A stretch of 57,860 nt of DNA, the filler included, from Sphacelaria rigidula (lineage: Eukaryota): NCBI GenBank assembly GCA_964200075.2. It is 6 parts of 6 records of this genome, joined end to end, with 100 filler letters (N's around TTAATTAATTAA, not from the genome) between each part and the next. Parts side by side here need not be neighbours in the genome. Positions count along the whole stretch, not along the records: positions 38,644 to 48,202 come from CAXNAA020008223.1; positions 48,303 to 57,860 come from CAXNAA020008224.1; 4 more parts are not named here. One strand, 5' to 3'. Below, piece by piece: positions 47,622-57,860 of this stretch; position 1 is the first letter of the stretch, and each line of letters begins with the position of its first letter. A program made the translations under genes and the position numbers. The notes under the pieces were generated by a model, which had not been told where the DNA came from, made no database searches, and was given only the letters and a program-made list of their open reading frames with translations.

Positions 47622-48027
47622 CGTGAAAAGGTGACATCTTGATAAGACACTTGTGGGAAATTGCCACTTATATGCGGTGGTTCCCACATCATCACTCTTG
47701 CCCTTCATGACCCTCTTGAAGGTTTTGTAGGAATAACCTTTTACGTCGACTAGCGGTTGAAATCTTGCCTTCAGTTTACATATCTCCCACTGCGTTGGGT
47801 GACCCAACCAATAATCCCAACAGGTGATTTTCCGTGAGTTTTGCACGTCTGCTTCTGAGGATGACCGTTTTTTTTGGCTCCCACCATGTTGGCGGGTTCC
47901 AAAGTTTGAACCTAGGACCTTCTGTTCGTGAGGCGTACGAGCTATCTGATGATGTCGCCAGCTTGAAAATGTGATTTCTTGACAGACGCCTCTGGGAATT
48001 TGTGTCTTCTACGTGGTGGTTCCCACC
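47622..48027 (-). mobile_element. TRIM-like miniature LTR element (family D), second copy
   Basis: Reverse-complement homolog of 40476-40864; perfect 4-bp TSD TTCG at 47618-47621 and 48028-48031; PBS-like TGGCGAC. Confidence 0.85.
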
Positions 48028-48202
48028 TTCGTTCCTGATCTCACGAGCGTGTGGTTCAATGCGCGACAAGGCAAGCCAGGAGAAGTTTCACACACGAATA
48101 AAATCCCCAGTTGGTTGTTTTTGCAAAACTGTCAACAGTTAAGACAAATAATGATTCGTCAGGAAATTACTTGGTTCTAGTATAATAAGTTGACTCGTGA
48201 TG

Positions 48203-48302
48203 NNNNNNNNNNNNNNNNNNNNNNNNNNNNNNNNNNNNNNNNNNNNTTAATTAATTAANNNNNNNNNNNNNNNNNNNNNNNNNNNNNNNNNNNNNNNNNN
48301 NN
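48203..48302. other. Artificial contig linker
   Basis: N44-TTAATTAATTAA-N44. Confidence 0.98.
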
Positions 48303-48479
48303 GGTGTGTTCGGCGAGTCGTGTGAAGGGTGAGCTGAATCCGGCAAAGATTATTCGGCCCGAGGCCTACTGATTATCTTGCATTTGGATGACAGCTTACG
48401 ATGAGTTGCTATATTATCTGGTATTGACACTTCCAGAGACCGCCACGGCTTATACACTGCCTCCTGGGTGTCTCACCAG
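48303..48479 (-). mobile_element. Family A short copy (cut by contig start)
   Basis: Colinear with 8005-8181 and stops at the same point (tctcaccag). Confidence 0.85.
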
Positions 48480-49287
48480 CTGCACTTTGGGGGGGGGGCT
48501 ATCTTAGAAAGTGCCGCATGCGATTTCGCCTTGGTTTTTGTTAGTTATCAAGCTCGTTCGTTTGTCTTGAACTCACTTTGGGGGTGCTGTAGCCAAATGA
48601 TACCAAGCCGTGAATTTCAGTATAATCGCATGCATGATTGGAGCAGTAGCATGGGACAGGGGATCCAGGATTGATGACCCTTATCTGTGTGGCCCCTTGC
48701 TGTTAGCTCGTGATGGGGTCTGTTTCTGGATCACTCCAGGATAATAACAAGTGAGAAGAAAGGACTTGTCGAGCACGAGGCCGGTACTACTGGAGGAATC
48801 CCTCGTGGATAATCCTCTTGTCCAGATCGTCTGGCAGAGGCTACAAGTCACATTAGTCAACATGTGATTCCTACGCTAACATGTACCAAACATGACTCAC
48901 CTCCAACGAGTTGTTTTGGTATCATGCGTGTCCTTGTTTTCAATGTTTTTGCTCATGGGAAGTGTCTTTCCTACTAACGGGTGTACATTGTCGGATTATA
49001 CCGATGACTGAGGTGTGCAACCATTAGTTCCAACTCTGTGCTGTATAGAGAAGATGCCTTGGCGGGCTGCTTTTACATGATTTTCGACGATGGGGCTGAA
49101 GGTACACGAAATTTCTCAGAGAATGGTCATTTCTCCTCGGCATGATAACAATCATGGCGATATCAAACCTCGCTCCGATGGAATGTCTACAGTATTTCTT
49201 TTTTGGATCCTCCGCGGAGTGATGCTACGGTAGGGTTGCACTTTTTGAGCGAAAATGTTTCTCGGGGTGTTGCAAGCATCATTTTGA

Positions 49288-49335
49288 GAATCGGCATCAT
49301 TTTCACTTGAAAAAGTCTGAAAATGATGCCGATTC
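49288..49335. repeat. Perfect 18-bp inverted repeat with a 12-nt loop
   Basis: GAATCGGCATCATTTTCA-N12-TGAAAATGATGCCGATTC. Confidence 0.85.
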
Positions 49336-49723
49336 ACGAAAAGGCCCCTGTGTGCATCTCCACGTCCTGTCCCCGGAGATTTGGGTTGCACAGCAAGCCC
49401 CACATATTTGGGCTCCTACAAAAACGAGACCCAGAAAAAAAAGTGCAACCCCTATCGTAGCATTGGTCCGTGACGATTTTTTACACTCGACTGGTCATGG
49501 AAGTGCTCTTGCATGTAATGGCTTTGCACCTGTCTTGGTGATTACCCGTGCACCCTCATGTGCCCGAATCCTTCAGCGTTTAGAATTGTCTGGCCTACAC
49601 TTTGTGGTGCGGGAGAAGGTGTGGGTCTAGCACTTTCGTCCCTTATCATGGTCTACAAGTGCTTCACCCATGAGAGGCATACGTTATGTAATAGAGATTG
49701 CAGTTGCCGAAATGTTTCTGGGT

Positions 49724-52700
49724 TGTGACGAATTAACGCAGTTACGTTGAGTTGGTAGTGATAATATGGATAAATACCGTTGGTAGTGATGATCTGGATA
49801 ATGATCGGAGACACTAGGTTGATACCCTGGCGTGTCTAGGCGGCTGTGCCTACGAGGGCACTCTTGAATAATGCGAATGTTGTAAAGGCTGACGACTGAA
49901 ACTGAGGCCAGCAAGACTGGGGAGTCCCTCAACAGCAGTGATCCAGCAGTTCTTCCACTGGCTGGCGTCACAATATCGATATTCGTGCTAGTGCTAGTGT
50001 TAGTGCTAGAAACCTGCGGGAAAGGATTTTGTTAGGAGTCTGGTAGCTGTGGAAAATCTGATACACGACGGATGCGTGGAGAGGGTTCCAGCTGAGGCAG
50101 CTGCAGAAAAGCGACTGGCCTGTGATTGATCCAGACTGGAGATTTGCTGAAGCTGCGTGCAGCGGGAGTTTGGAGGCTCCTACGACTGTGTGATGCGGCG
50201 ACAAGGCAAGGAAGTGTGCAATTCGCGAAAGTCCGCTGGCCTGTGAAAGGTTCGCAGGTAGCCGGTTGCAGCTACGCGTATGGCGACCGGTTCATGTACT
50301 ACGACCAGCGTGACGCCCGTGGTCATGCGGGAAGAATTGCGACCTCCACAATACGGGGATAGGTACTCAGAGAGTGTATCTCGCACTTTTATTACGAAGT
50401 ACTTAGAGTACAAGAAGCGTGTGAAGCACACTAACGCAGGGGGTGCTGTGCGACATCAGGTGGTGTCAGTGGCTCAACAAGTGCCAACTCATGTGCAGAG
50501 AGTGTTTGCTCGTTTGGAGCATAAAAATATCACTATCAACCCGCCGCGATTGGTTGCGGCGATCAGAAAGCATGCTCGGCATGCGGCGGGCACTTGCCAC
50601 TGTTGTGACCAGGTCGGCCATAACGCGCGCGATTGCCCAACGTCTTCCGGTGGAGAGTCTGGGTAGTCTAGTGTCAGCATCGTCAGCACAAGGGCAAAAG
50701 ACGAGGTAATCGGGGTGGTGGCGGCGGCGGATCCTCCGGCGATGGAGAGTCACAGGCGAGTCCGTAGCAGCAGTAGCAATAGCAGCAGGGGTAGCGGCGT
50801 CAGCATTGGTCTGGTTCTAGGTCCGGTGCCGCCTTAGGTGCTGCTGCTCCGCAACGGGCGGTGCAGGTGGTACCGACTTATACAGTGTCGAACACTACGC
50901 CGGCGCCGGTGGTGGCGCCGGCGGCGACACCGGCAGCAGCGCCAGGCGCGACGCCTGCTGACGCGCTGGCCGGAGGTTCGCCAAATTCTTGGTCTGCTGG
51001 CTGGGTGTCATACCCGCCGGCGGTGCCCTTTGAATCTTCCGGGGCGTCTTCGCCTGCGCAGCTTGCGCAGCCGTGGCGTCAAGTGGGGTCAGCGACGCAT
51101 CGGTCGGCCAATAAATTGCCAGTGGAATTTGCGGAGAACTACATTTCTGCGGAGTTGTGTCTCCCAAATCAACGGGAGCGTGGAGACATTGCCGTTCAGG
51201 CTAAGTGGGATTATGGCGCCCACTTGACGGGTCATTTGAGTCTGTCGGTACAGATTGTAGAGATGTTGGAGCGTCTTCTCCCGGGTGTGCCGCTACGCAT
51301 TCCGTGTTCGCTCGGGCCGCGGCAGGCCGTCACCGTGTCGTGCCGGGATGTTTACGTCACAGAGCGTACTGTTCCGCTGCAACTGACTTTCACGACTGCC
51401 TGGGGGCCGGCGCAGTTGCCTCCGATCTCGTTTGCGATCATGTCGGGGTCGGATGACGGTGTCCTTCTGGGGTTGCCGATGGTTCAGGGTATTGGAGTCA
51501 ACGCTCGGCGGTTGTGGGACTCCGTGAAGGTGCGGATGTCTCCGTCTGTTCCACGCTCGGAGACGCCCGTCCTTTTCGGCACGCGTGAGCTTGTCGGTGG
51601 ATGCTTTTCAGGAGGCTGGAGGGCAGGTGACCGAGGAGCGGGATGCGCCGGTGCAACGCTTAGTAGAGCGCGGCCCGGAGATGTCGATGATTACGGCGGG
51701 AGAGGACTCTGCTCGGAAGGTCGCGCTGGAGGACAGCGTGACGGATGCTGGGTCGACAGACCTCAGCGTCTTAAAAGCGGAGCGCCTGCGCGACATATTG
51801 CATTGCCGCGTCAACGCGCTTCGTCGTGCGCTGCGAGTTGATCCTCCTGCACGCGTGGAGCCCATGCGTGTTCAGCCAAAACCTGGGGCGTCCGCGGTGA
51901 AGACGAAGCCGTGGCGGTACGATCAAGTGAAATCGCGTTGGTTAGCGTTGTGCATGGCGGCTCCTTTGGCGGTCGGGTTGGTGTTACGGAGTTTGCAGGC
52001 GGGGTGATCCAGTCCAGATATGGCGTTTCCGAAAAAGGCTGCATCGTGAATGGAGAGCAGGCTGCAGGTGTGGGCGGCAGCAAAGGATCTGGTGGCTCAT
52101 GCCGTGACGCTGCTCCATCCTCGTCTTGATTGTCAGGTGTTTATGTTTCCGGATGCATCTGAGTGCCATTGGGGTAGTTTGGTCATGCAGGTGCCTACTG
52201 TTGGAATTACATTGCCTGTATGCGCTGTCGCTGTGTATGGTCCGTGTGAACCTGATGACTCGATGCCGTCCAAACCTGTTGTCCGTCAAGCGCAACGAAA
52301 AGACCTTGGGGCCGAAGATGTGGATGTGCAATCTTTCGAGTCGGACGTTGGTATTGCTATCTTGGACAAGGAAGGTCTGTTTCGTGTGCATGTGCGTGGC
52401 CGAAATGTTTTGTGGATTCCGAGTTCTGACAAGCAGTTGCAGGTATGTCTGATTATTTGCGCGCACATGCGCGACGCCGGGCATCGTGGTGTGGCTGCGA
52501 CGCTCGTGCGCTTGCAAGAGTTTTGTGTCTGGCAAGCAATAGAAGCTCATGTGCCCGGATTTATCTGCCAGTGTCTTCAGTGTGCTGACTCGAGGGCGGG
52601 CGATGCTGTTCCCCGCCCGCTCGGCGAAACGGTCCGTGGGACCACGCCGGATGAAGTCGTTCATTTTGATTTCTTGTACGTGGGCGAGAGTGGCCCGCTA

Positions 52701-54120
52701 GCTTCCCAAGGTTTGTCGGAGAATGCTGGGTTTCGATACATTTTGGTAATCGTGGATGATTTGAGCAACTTCGTGTCTCTGGAACCAGTGGTAGTGTGTA
52801 CTGCTGAATCGACTGTTGCATCTTCGCTGAATTGGGGCAAAACGTTGGCGGTGCCGCGTGTGTGGGTGATTGATACTGTCACGCATTTCAAGAATGCGAT
52901 CTTGGCCCGATTACGAGAGGCTTTGCGCGTTGATCACCAGTTTGCGGTAGCGTATTCCCAGTGGTCTAACGGTACGTGCGAACGCATGGTCAAGGAAGTA
53001 GTTCGTGCTGTTTGCTCTATTCTTCTCGAGCAGCGTAGAGCGGTTTCCGAGTGGGTGGACGTGGTGCCGGCGGTGCAATGGGCGCTTAATACGGCGTATC
53101 ATCGTCGTTACAATGGTACGCCGTACCGCGGACGTCTTTCTCAGTGCTGGCGTCTTCGCCGGCGGGGGAATGGAACTGTGATGTTTTGGACGATGTTCAA
53201 ATTAAGCGTGCACTGCAAGAAGTCTTGGACTTGCAAGAACGTTTCCACGTTCAAGTGCAGGAACTTGTTGCCGCTGAATGTGCGCGTAGACGTGAGGGGT
53301 GCTCGTCGGGGTTCGAACTGCCGAATTTCGACGTAGGCGACTATGTCTTGTATGCATGCGTGGGTCGTCCGGATGTTACGCCCATGTTGATGGCGACGTG
53401 GAATGGTCTATAAAGAGTGGGTGGTGCTCACCACCCGCACGTGTTTGAGATTCAGAACATTGTTCCGGGTCGTGTTCAGACCGCCCATGAAGCTCGTTTA
53501 CCTTTTTATGCAGACTCGTAGCTTAATGTTACGGCTGATGTTAAGGACGTGTTCCAGCATGCTTCCAATCGGGGGCAATTCCAGATGGCTGGTATTGTTC
53601 GAGTGGCAGAAGCAGAGGATCGTTCGTTGATCGTTTTGGTTAACTGGGTTGGTTTCGAAGTTGAGAAGTGTACGTGGGAGCCTTTCAAGGATATTTTTGA
53701 GACCGCTTCGGAATTTCTTACGAAGGAGTTGCGTGAATTGTGCGTGACTCGTGCCGTTGCTGCTCGCATTTCGAATAAGTTTGGTATTCAGTCGTGACGT
53801 ACTCATCGTTCTGGTGTTTTCTATGTGTGAAGCTTATTGATTGATTTTCGTCCAACGCGATTCGGGGCTGCTGTGACGAATTAACGTCGTTACGTTGAGT
53901 TGGTAGTGATGATATGTATAATGACCGTTGGTAGTGATGATCTGGATAATGGCCGGGGACACTAGGTTGATACCCTGGCGTGTCTAGGAGGCTGTGCCTA
54001 CGAGGGCACTCCTGAATAATGATGATGTTGTAAAGGCTGATAACTGAAACTGGGGCCAGCAAGACTGGGGAGTCCCTCAACAGCAGTGATCCAGCAGTTC
54101 TTCCACTGGCTGGCGGCGCA
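49724..54120 (+). mobile_element. Chromodomain-bearing Ty3/gypsy LTR retrotransposon; both ends intact, internally deleted
   Basis: 249-bp LTRs at 49724-49972 and 53872-54120 (TGTGACG...CA), TSD GGGT. Gag knuckle CHCCDQVGHNARDC, decayed protease (WDYGA), RNase H start (FPDASECHWG), integrase HHCC and D-D-E (HFDFL, IDT, NGTCER), chromodomain (LVNWVGFEVEKCTWEP). Confidence 0.95.
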
Positions 54121-54851
54121 GGGTACAGATCACCGCGTACGAAGGGTATACCTTGGGCTTGTAAATAAGAGCCCAGATGATCAACGGTTTTGATTCAAAG
54201 ACGAACACGTAGTGGTCGCTATTTGATGTTTACGACATGGAGATATACGTATGCGTATTGGCTTTGAAGTAGCGTGGCCTGCAAAATATTTCTGAGTTAT
54301 GACTGTTAGTGAAGACATGTCTTGAGGTCGGGGATGCCAAGTCTCTCGCACAGCCCCATGCTTGTCACTTGCTCATCGTCCCAGGAATCTCAACAGTACA
54401 GTGAAGGATTAATCAATCATTTCGTCCAGCGTCTGATACGTCTTCAGCTGTCCCCTTCTTCGGTGCCTGAGCCCCCAGGAAGGAGACTGCTAAGTAAGCT
54501 TCCGGGATGTACAATACTGTCTTCCTTCATTGTCTACGAGTGCGATTACATACCCTCGTGCATATGGTTAGAAAACACCACGCCTGCACACACATCAACT
54601 AGCAAGCATACTAAGAGAGTGTTTGACCCTGGAGATGTTATCACGCTTCTGCCTTGAGCAGCTAGGGTGATATTCTTATTCACTTCTAGTTCTAGTTAAT
54701 TTTCCAAACGTCTCCCTACATGCCGTTCGTTTCGAAGTCCCCACTAGAAGGTTTTCAACATTGAGGTCTCCCTCGAGGGTGTGTGTACATCGAAATCCTC
54801 TGGATTGTTTCTGAAGGAACTCGTGTAGTGGAAATTCCATACGTATAACAG

Positions 54852-55370
54852 CATATATGGGGTTTGTACAGCAGAAGCTGTTCGAAAATTAGTCCGTGCT
54901 TTGCCTGATTTCCTAGGAAAGTGGGAAGAACGAGGATTAATTTCGAACAGCCTCTGCTGTACAAATTCCATATATTTTCAATACAGTATACAGCATATGG
55001 GGTTTGTACAAGAGGCTGATCGAGATAAATTCTCGTTTTGCCCAATTCAGAAGTAGTTGAGCAACACGAGGGTATATTTCGAGCAACCTCTGCTGTTAAG
55101 CCCCATATACCGGCAAATGGGATTTGAACAGCAGAGGCTGCTCGAAAGTCCTCATTTTGCCCGCCAATTTATCCTGAATCTTGGCGAGAGGAAGGACTTT
55201 CGAACCGCCTCTGCTGTTCAAATCCCATATACTAACTGTACTGTTTTCAGTCTATGAGATTCGAACAGCAACAATAATTGTTCAAAACCCCTCGCATCTT
55301 GTCCGCCAATTCATTTCAACTGGGCAAAGCGAGATGTTTCAACAGCCTCTGCCGTACAAATCCCATATAC
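54852..55370. repeat. Array of ~8 copies of a ~33-bp motif, mostly in alternating orientation
   Basis: Consensus ttcgaacagcctctgctgtacaaatcccatata; reverse at ~54853, 54993, 55117 and forward at ~54941, 55077, 55198, 55260 (degenerate), 55337. Confidence 0.8.
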
Positions 55371-56209
55371 TGGCTGCCAGTATATGTACACACGGCCGTG
55401 CTACGAAACGACAGCCAGTGATAGCCAATATCGGGAATATACGCTCCATATACAGATATCTCTTTTTGAAAACCCCGTGGTTCATCGTGCACCAAGAACA
55501 CATCAAAGCAAGTAGGATCAAACAAAAGGTGAATAACTTTGGTCGCGCTTTGTACTTTGATAGGGATATGAACCATTACGAAAAGTACGGTATGCGGTGC
55601 TGTACTGGACCGTACCGTACCACGTTTCGTGGAATCACGTGCTCCAGAACACCATATGTTTGCTCCTCTAGAGGAACTCAGACCTCATACGTCGCTGGAG
55701 AGCCATATGTCCTCTATGGGGCTCGTGTATCGTCCACCCCAGAGGCATCATGACCCTCTAGAGGGTATTTCAATATCCAGAGGGCCATTTTGCCTTCTAG
55801 AGGAAGAAAAGCGCGAGAGAGAAATTTGAAAGATAAGCCGATTGGCCGCGTTTGTCAGCATTGGGACGTGGGGCACAAGGGGGGGACTTCTAGTACAACA
55901 TGTCTGGTATAACCGGAACACCCCTGAGCATCTGCAGGTATATGTGCCCCAAGTCATCCGCACCCCCCTCCAACATGCACAATGACCTACAGCGGTCGGG
56001 ATCCCCAGTCATTGTCATGGAGCACGCCTACACCCTGAAAACTCGCCAGATATTTCAAAGGGGCTTCGATGCGTCGATTCGATTATTTGCGGGAGAGCTT
56101 TTGTAAGACATTTGAAAAGTTCTTTGCACCCACGACTTTGCTCACGAACTCCTACAGCTTATCGGTGTGGAGGGGATGAGAGTTCGAAACATCCCGACAT
56201 CAATAAGCT

Positions 56210-57394
56210 TGTGACGAAAATAAGCCGTTACGTTGAGCTAGTAGTGATGATCTGGATAATGACTGATGGCGCGGGGATTCTGGAGGATTCTGGGAGGGTT
56301 CTGGATAATGACCGAGACATGGGGATCATATCCGGCGTGTCTACAAGGTTGGTGCCTGGTAGGGCACTCCTGATAATATGAGATGTTGTCAAGGCTGACA
56401 ACTGAGACTGAGGCCAGTGAGACTGGGGAGTCCCTCAACAGCAGTGATTCACCAGTCCTTCCACTGGCTGGCGTCTCAATATCGATATTAGTGCTAGTGT
56501 TAGTGCTAGAAATAGTACCTAGAAAAACCTGCTGGAAAGGATTTCGGCGGAGGAGTCTGGCAGCTGTGGAAAACCTGAACAACCACGGACGCGTGGAGAG
56601 GGTTCCAGTGGAGGCGACTGCAGAAAGGCGGCTGACCTGGGATTGATTCAGACTGGAGACTTGCTGAAGCTGCGTGCAGCGGGAGTATGGAGGCTCCTAC
56701 GACTGTGTGATGCGGCGACAAGGCAAGGAAGTGTGCAATTCGGGAAGGTCCGCTGGCCTGTGAAAGGTTCGCAGGTAGCCGGTTGCAGCTATGGCAACCG
56801 GCTCGCGTGGTACGTCCAGCATGACACCCGTGGTCATGCGGGAAGAGTTGCGACCTCCACAATACGGGGATAGGTACTCAGAGAGTGTATCTCGCACTTT
56901 TATTACGAAGTACTTGGAGTACAAGAAGCGTGTGAAGCACACTAACGCAGGGGGTGCTGTGCGGCATCAGGTGGTGTCAATGGCTCAACAAGTGCCAACT
57001 CATGTGCAGAGAGTGTTTGCTCGTTTGGAGCATAAAAAGAGCACTATCAACCCGCCGCTATTGGTTGCGGCGGTCAAAAGCATGTTGGGCATGCGGCGGG
57101 CGCTGAGGTGGAGCTGACCCAAGCGTCCGCGGCCGTGGCGAAAGCTGTCGCCATGGATTCTAGGGGAAAGACGATGTTGGAGCGGGTGGAGCCCATCCTG
57201 TCAAATTTGGAGAATACTTCACGGAAAATCTGAACGTTGAACTGGTTTGTCGTTTTCCCGATGGTGAGTTCATTTCCGGCCCGGCTGCAGTAAGCACTAA
57301 GACTTTAGTAGAGGGATTGGCGCCGGAAACATTGAAGCAAGCCGTGCTTGTCAAGCTTCAGCATAAAAATATTTGGGAGGCAGCCCCCTCCCCA
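56210..57394 (+). mobile_element. Second copy of the same gypsy family: 5' LTR (56210-56478), leader and gag, cut off by a family A insertion
   Basis: LTR homologous to 49724-49972; gag MATGS..TPVVMREELRPPQYGDRYSESVSRTFITKYLEYKKRV nearly identical to ORF 50280-50666. Confidence 0.92.
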
Positions 57395-57860
57395 TAAACC
57401 TGGTCCGGCGAAAACCTAGCGTGCTCCGTCCCGGCTTTGTAGGAGCGGACCTCCGATGGGGTTGGCGTCGGTTGGCGAGGGCGTTGAAAAACACACCACT
57501 CACTGCGTAAGCTAGGCAGCCAGGTTACCGATTCTTTTGCGCGCTTGCTTTTTTTTGCGGAAACCATGTTGCAGGTCTAGCCAGATCATGTTGTGCGGCG
57601 TGGGGAAACCTCAACTCCGCACAATGGGGATGATCGTACAACGTAGTGTTTACATGGTAAGACACCAATGAGGCAGTTTGGCACCCACGTCCGTCTCTAG
57701 GAGTGGTGATATCAGAAAGTTAAGCAACTCATTGTAGGCTGTCATCCAAATTCAAGATAATCAGCAGGCCTCGGGCTGAACAATCTTAGCAGGATGCAGT
57801 TCACCCTTCATGCGGCTCGCCGAACACACCACGGCGCTTCGCGCGTGGTGATTGAGTGCG
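57395..57860 (+). mobile_element. Family A copy from its 5' end (cut by window end)
   Basis: aacctggtccggcgaaaacc...; preceded by C-rich ccccctccccat. Confidence 0.9.

Noticed and set aside
47946-47969. Hammerhead ribozyme core (CTGATGA...GAAA), also considered at 28988, 40177 and 47308
   Set aside because: No proper stem II or flanking stems, and the core is not conserved in the homologous copies where these exist.
54852-55370. CRISPR-like array
   Set aside because: Repeats alternate in orientation and are degenerate, spacers are related to each other, there are no cas genes, and the context is eukaryotic.

Overview
Eukaryotic nuclear DNA, most likely from a brown alga or another stramenopile (inferred from short exons in kb-long GT-AG introns, CCCTAA repeats and an MSH1 of the MutS-GIY-YIG type). 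The window is not one locus. It is six unrelated pieces (1-9561, 9662-19222, 19323-28883, 28984-38543, 38644-48202, 48303-57860; lengths 9561, 9561, 9561, 9560, 9559, 9558) sorted by size and joined by identical 100-bp N44-TTAATTAATTAA-N44 linkers, so adjacency across linkers means nothing. Host genes, all partial and on +: two exons of a sugar-porter MFS transporter (polyol-transporter-like), long disordered/poly-Q exons of an unknown protein, four exons of an OMA1-like M48 peptidase, and the last seven exons of MSH1 (MutS ATPase plus C-terminal GIY-YIG nuclease). Much of the rest is mobile DNA: decayed Ty3/gypsy elements (one with paired LTRs and a 4-bp TSD), TA-flanked TIR elements and several small repeat families. 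Most notable: (1) a LINE that ends a few nt after its stop codon with no poly(A) and sits at G/C tracts, plus an abundant ~570-bp non-coding element sharing its 3' tail; (2) a ~400-bp TRIM carrying a tRNA-like segment; (3) a 78-aa spacer splitting the MSH1 GIY-YIG motif. All alignments and counts were done by eye.
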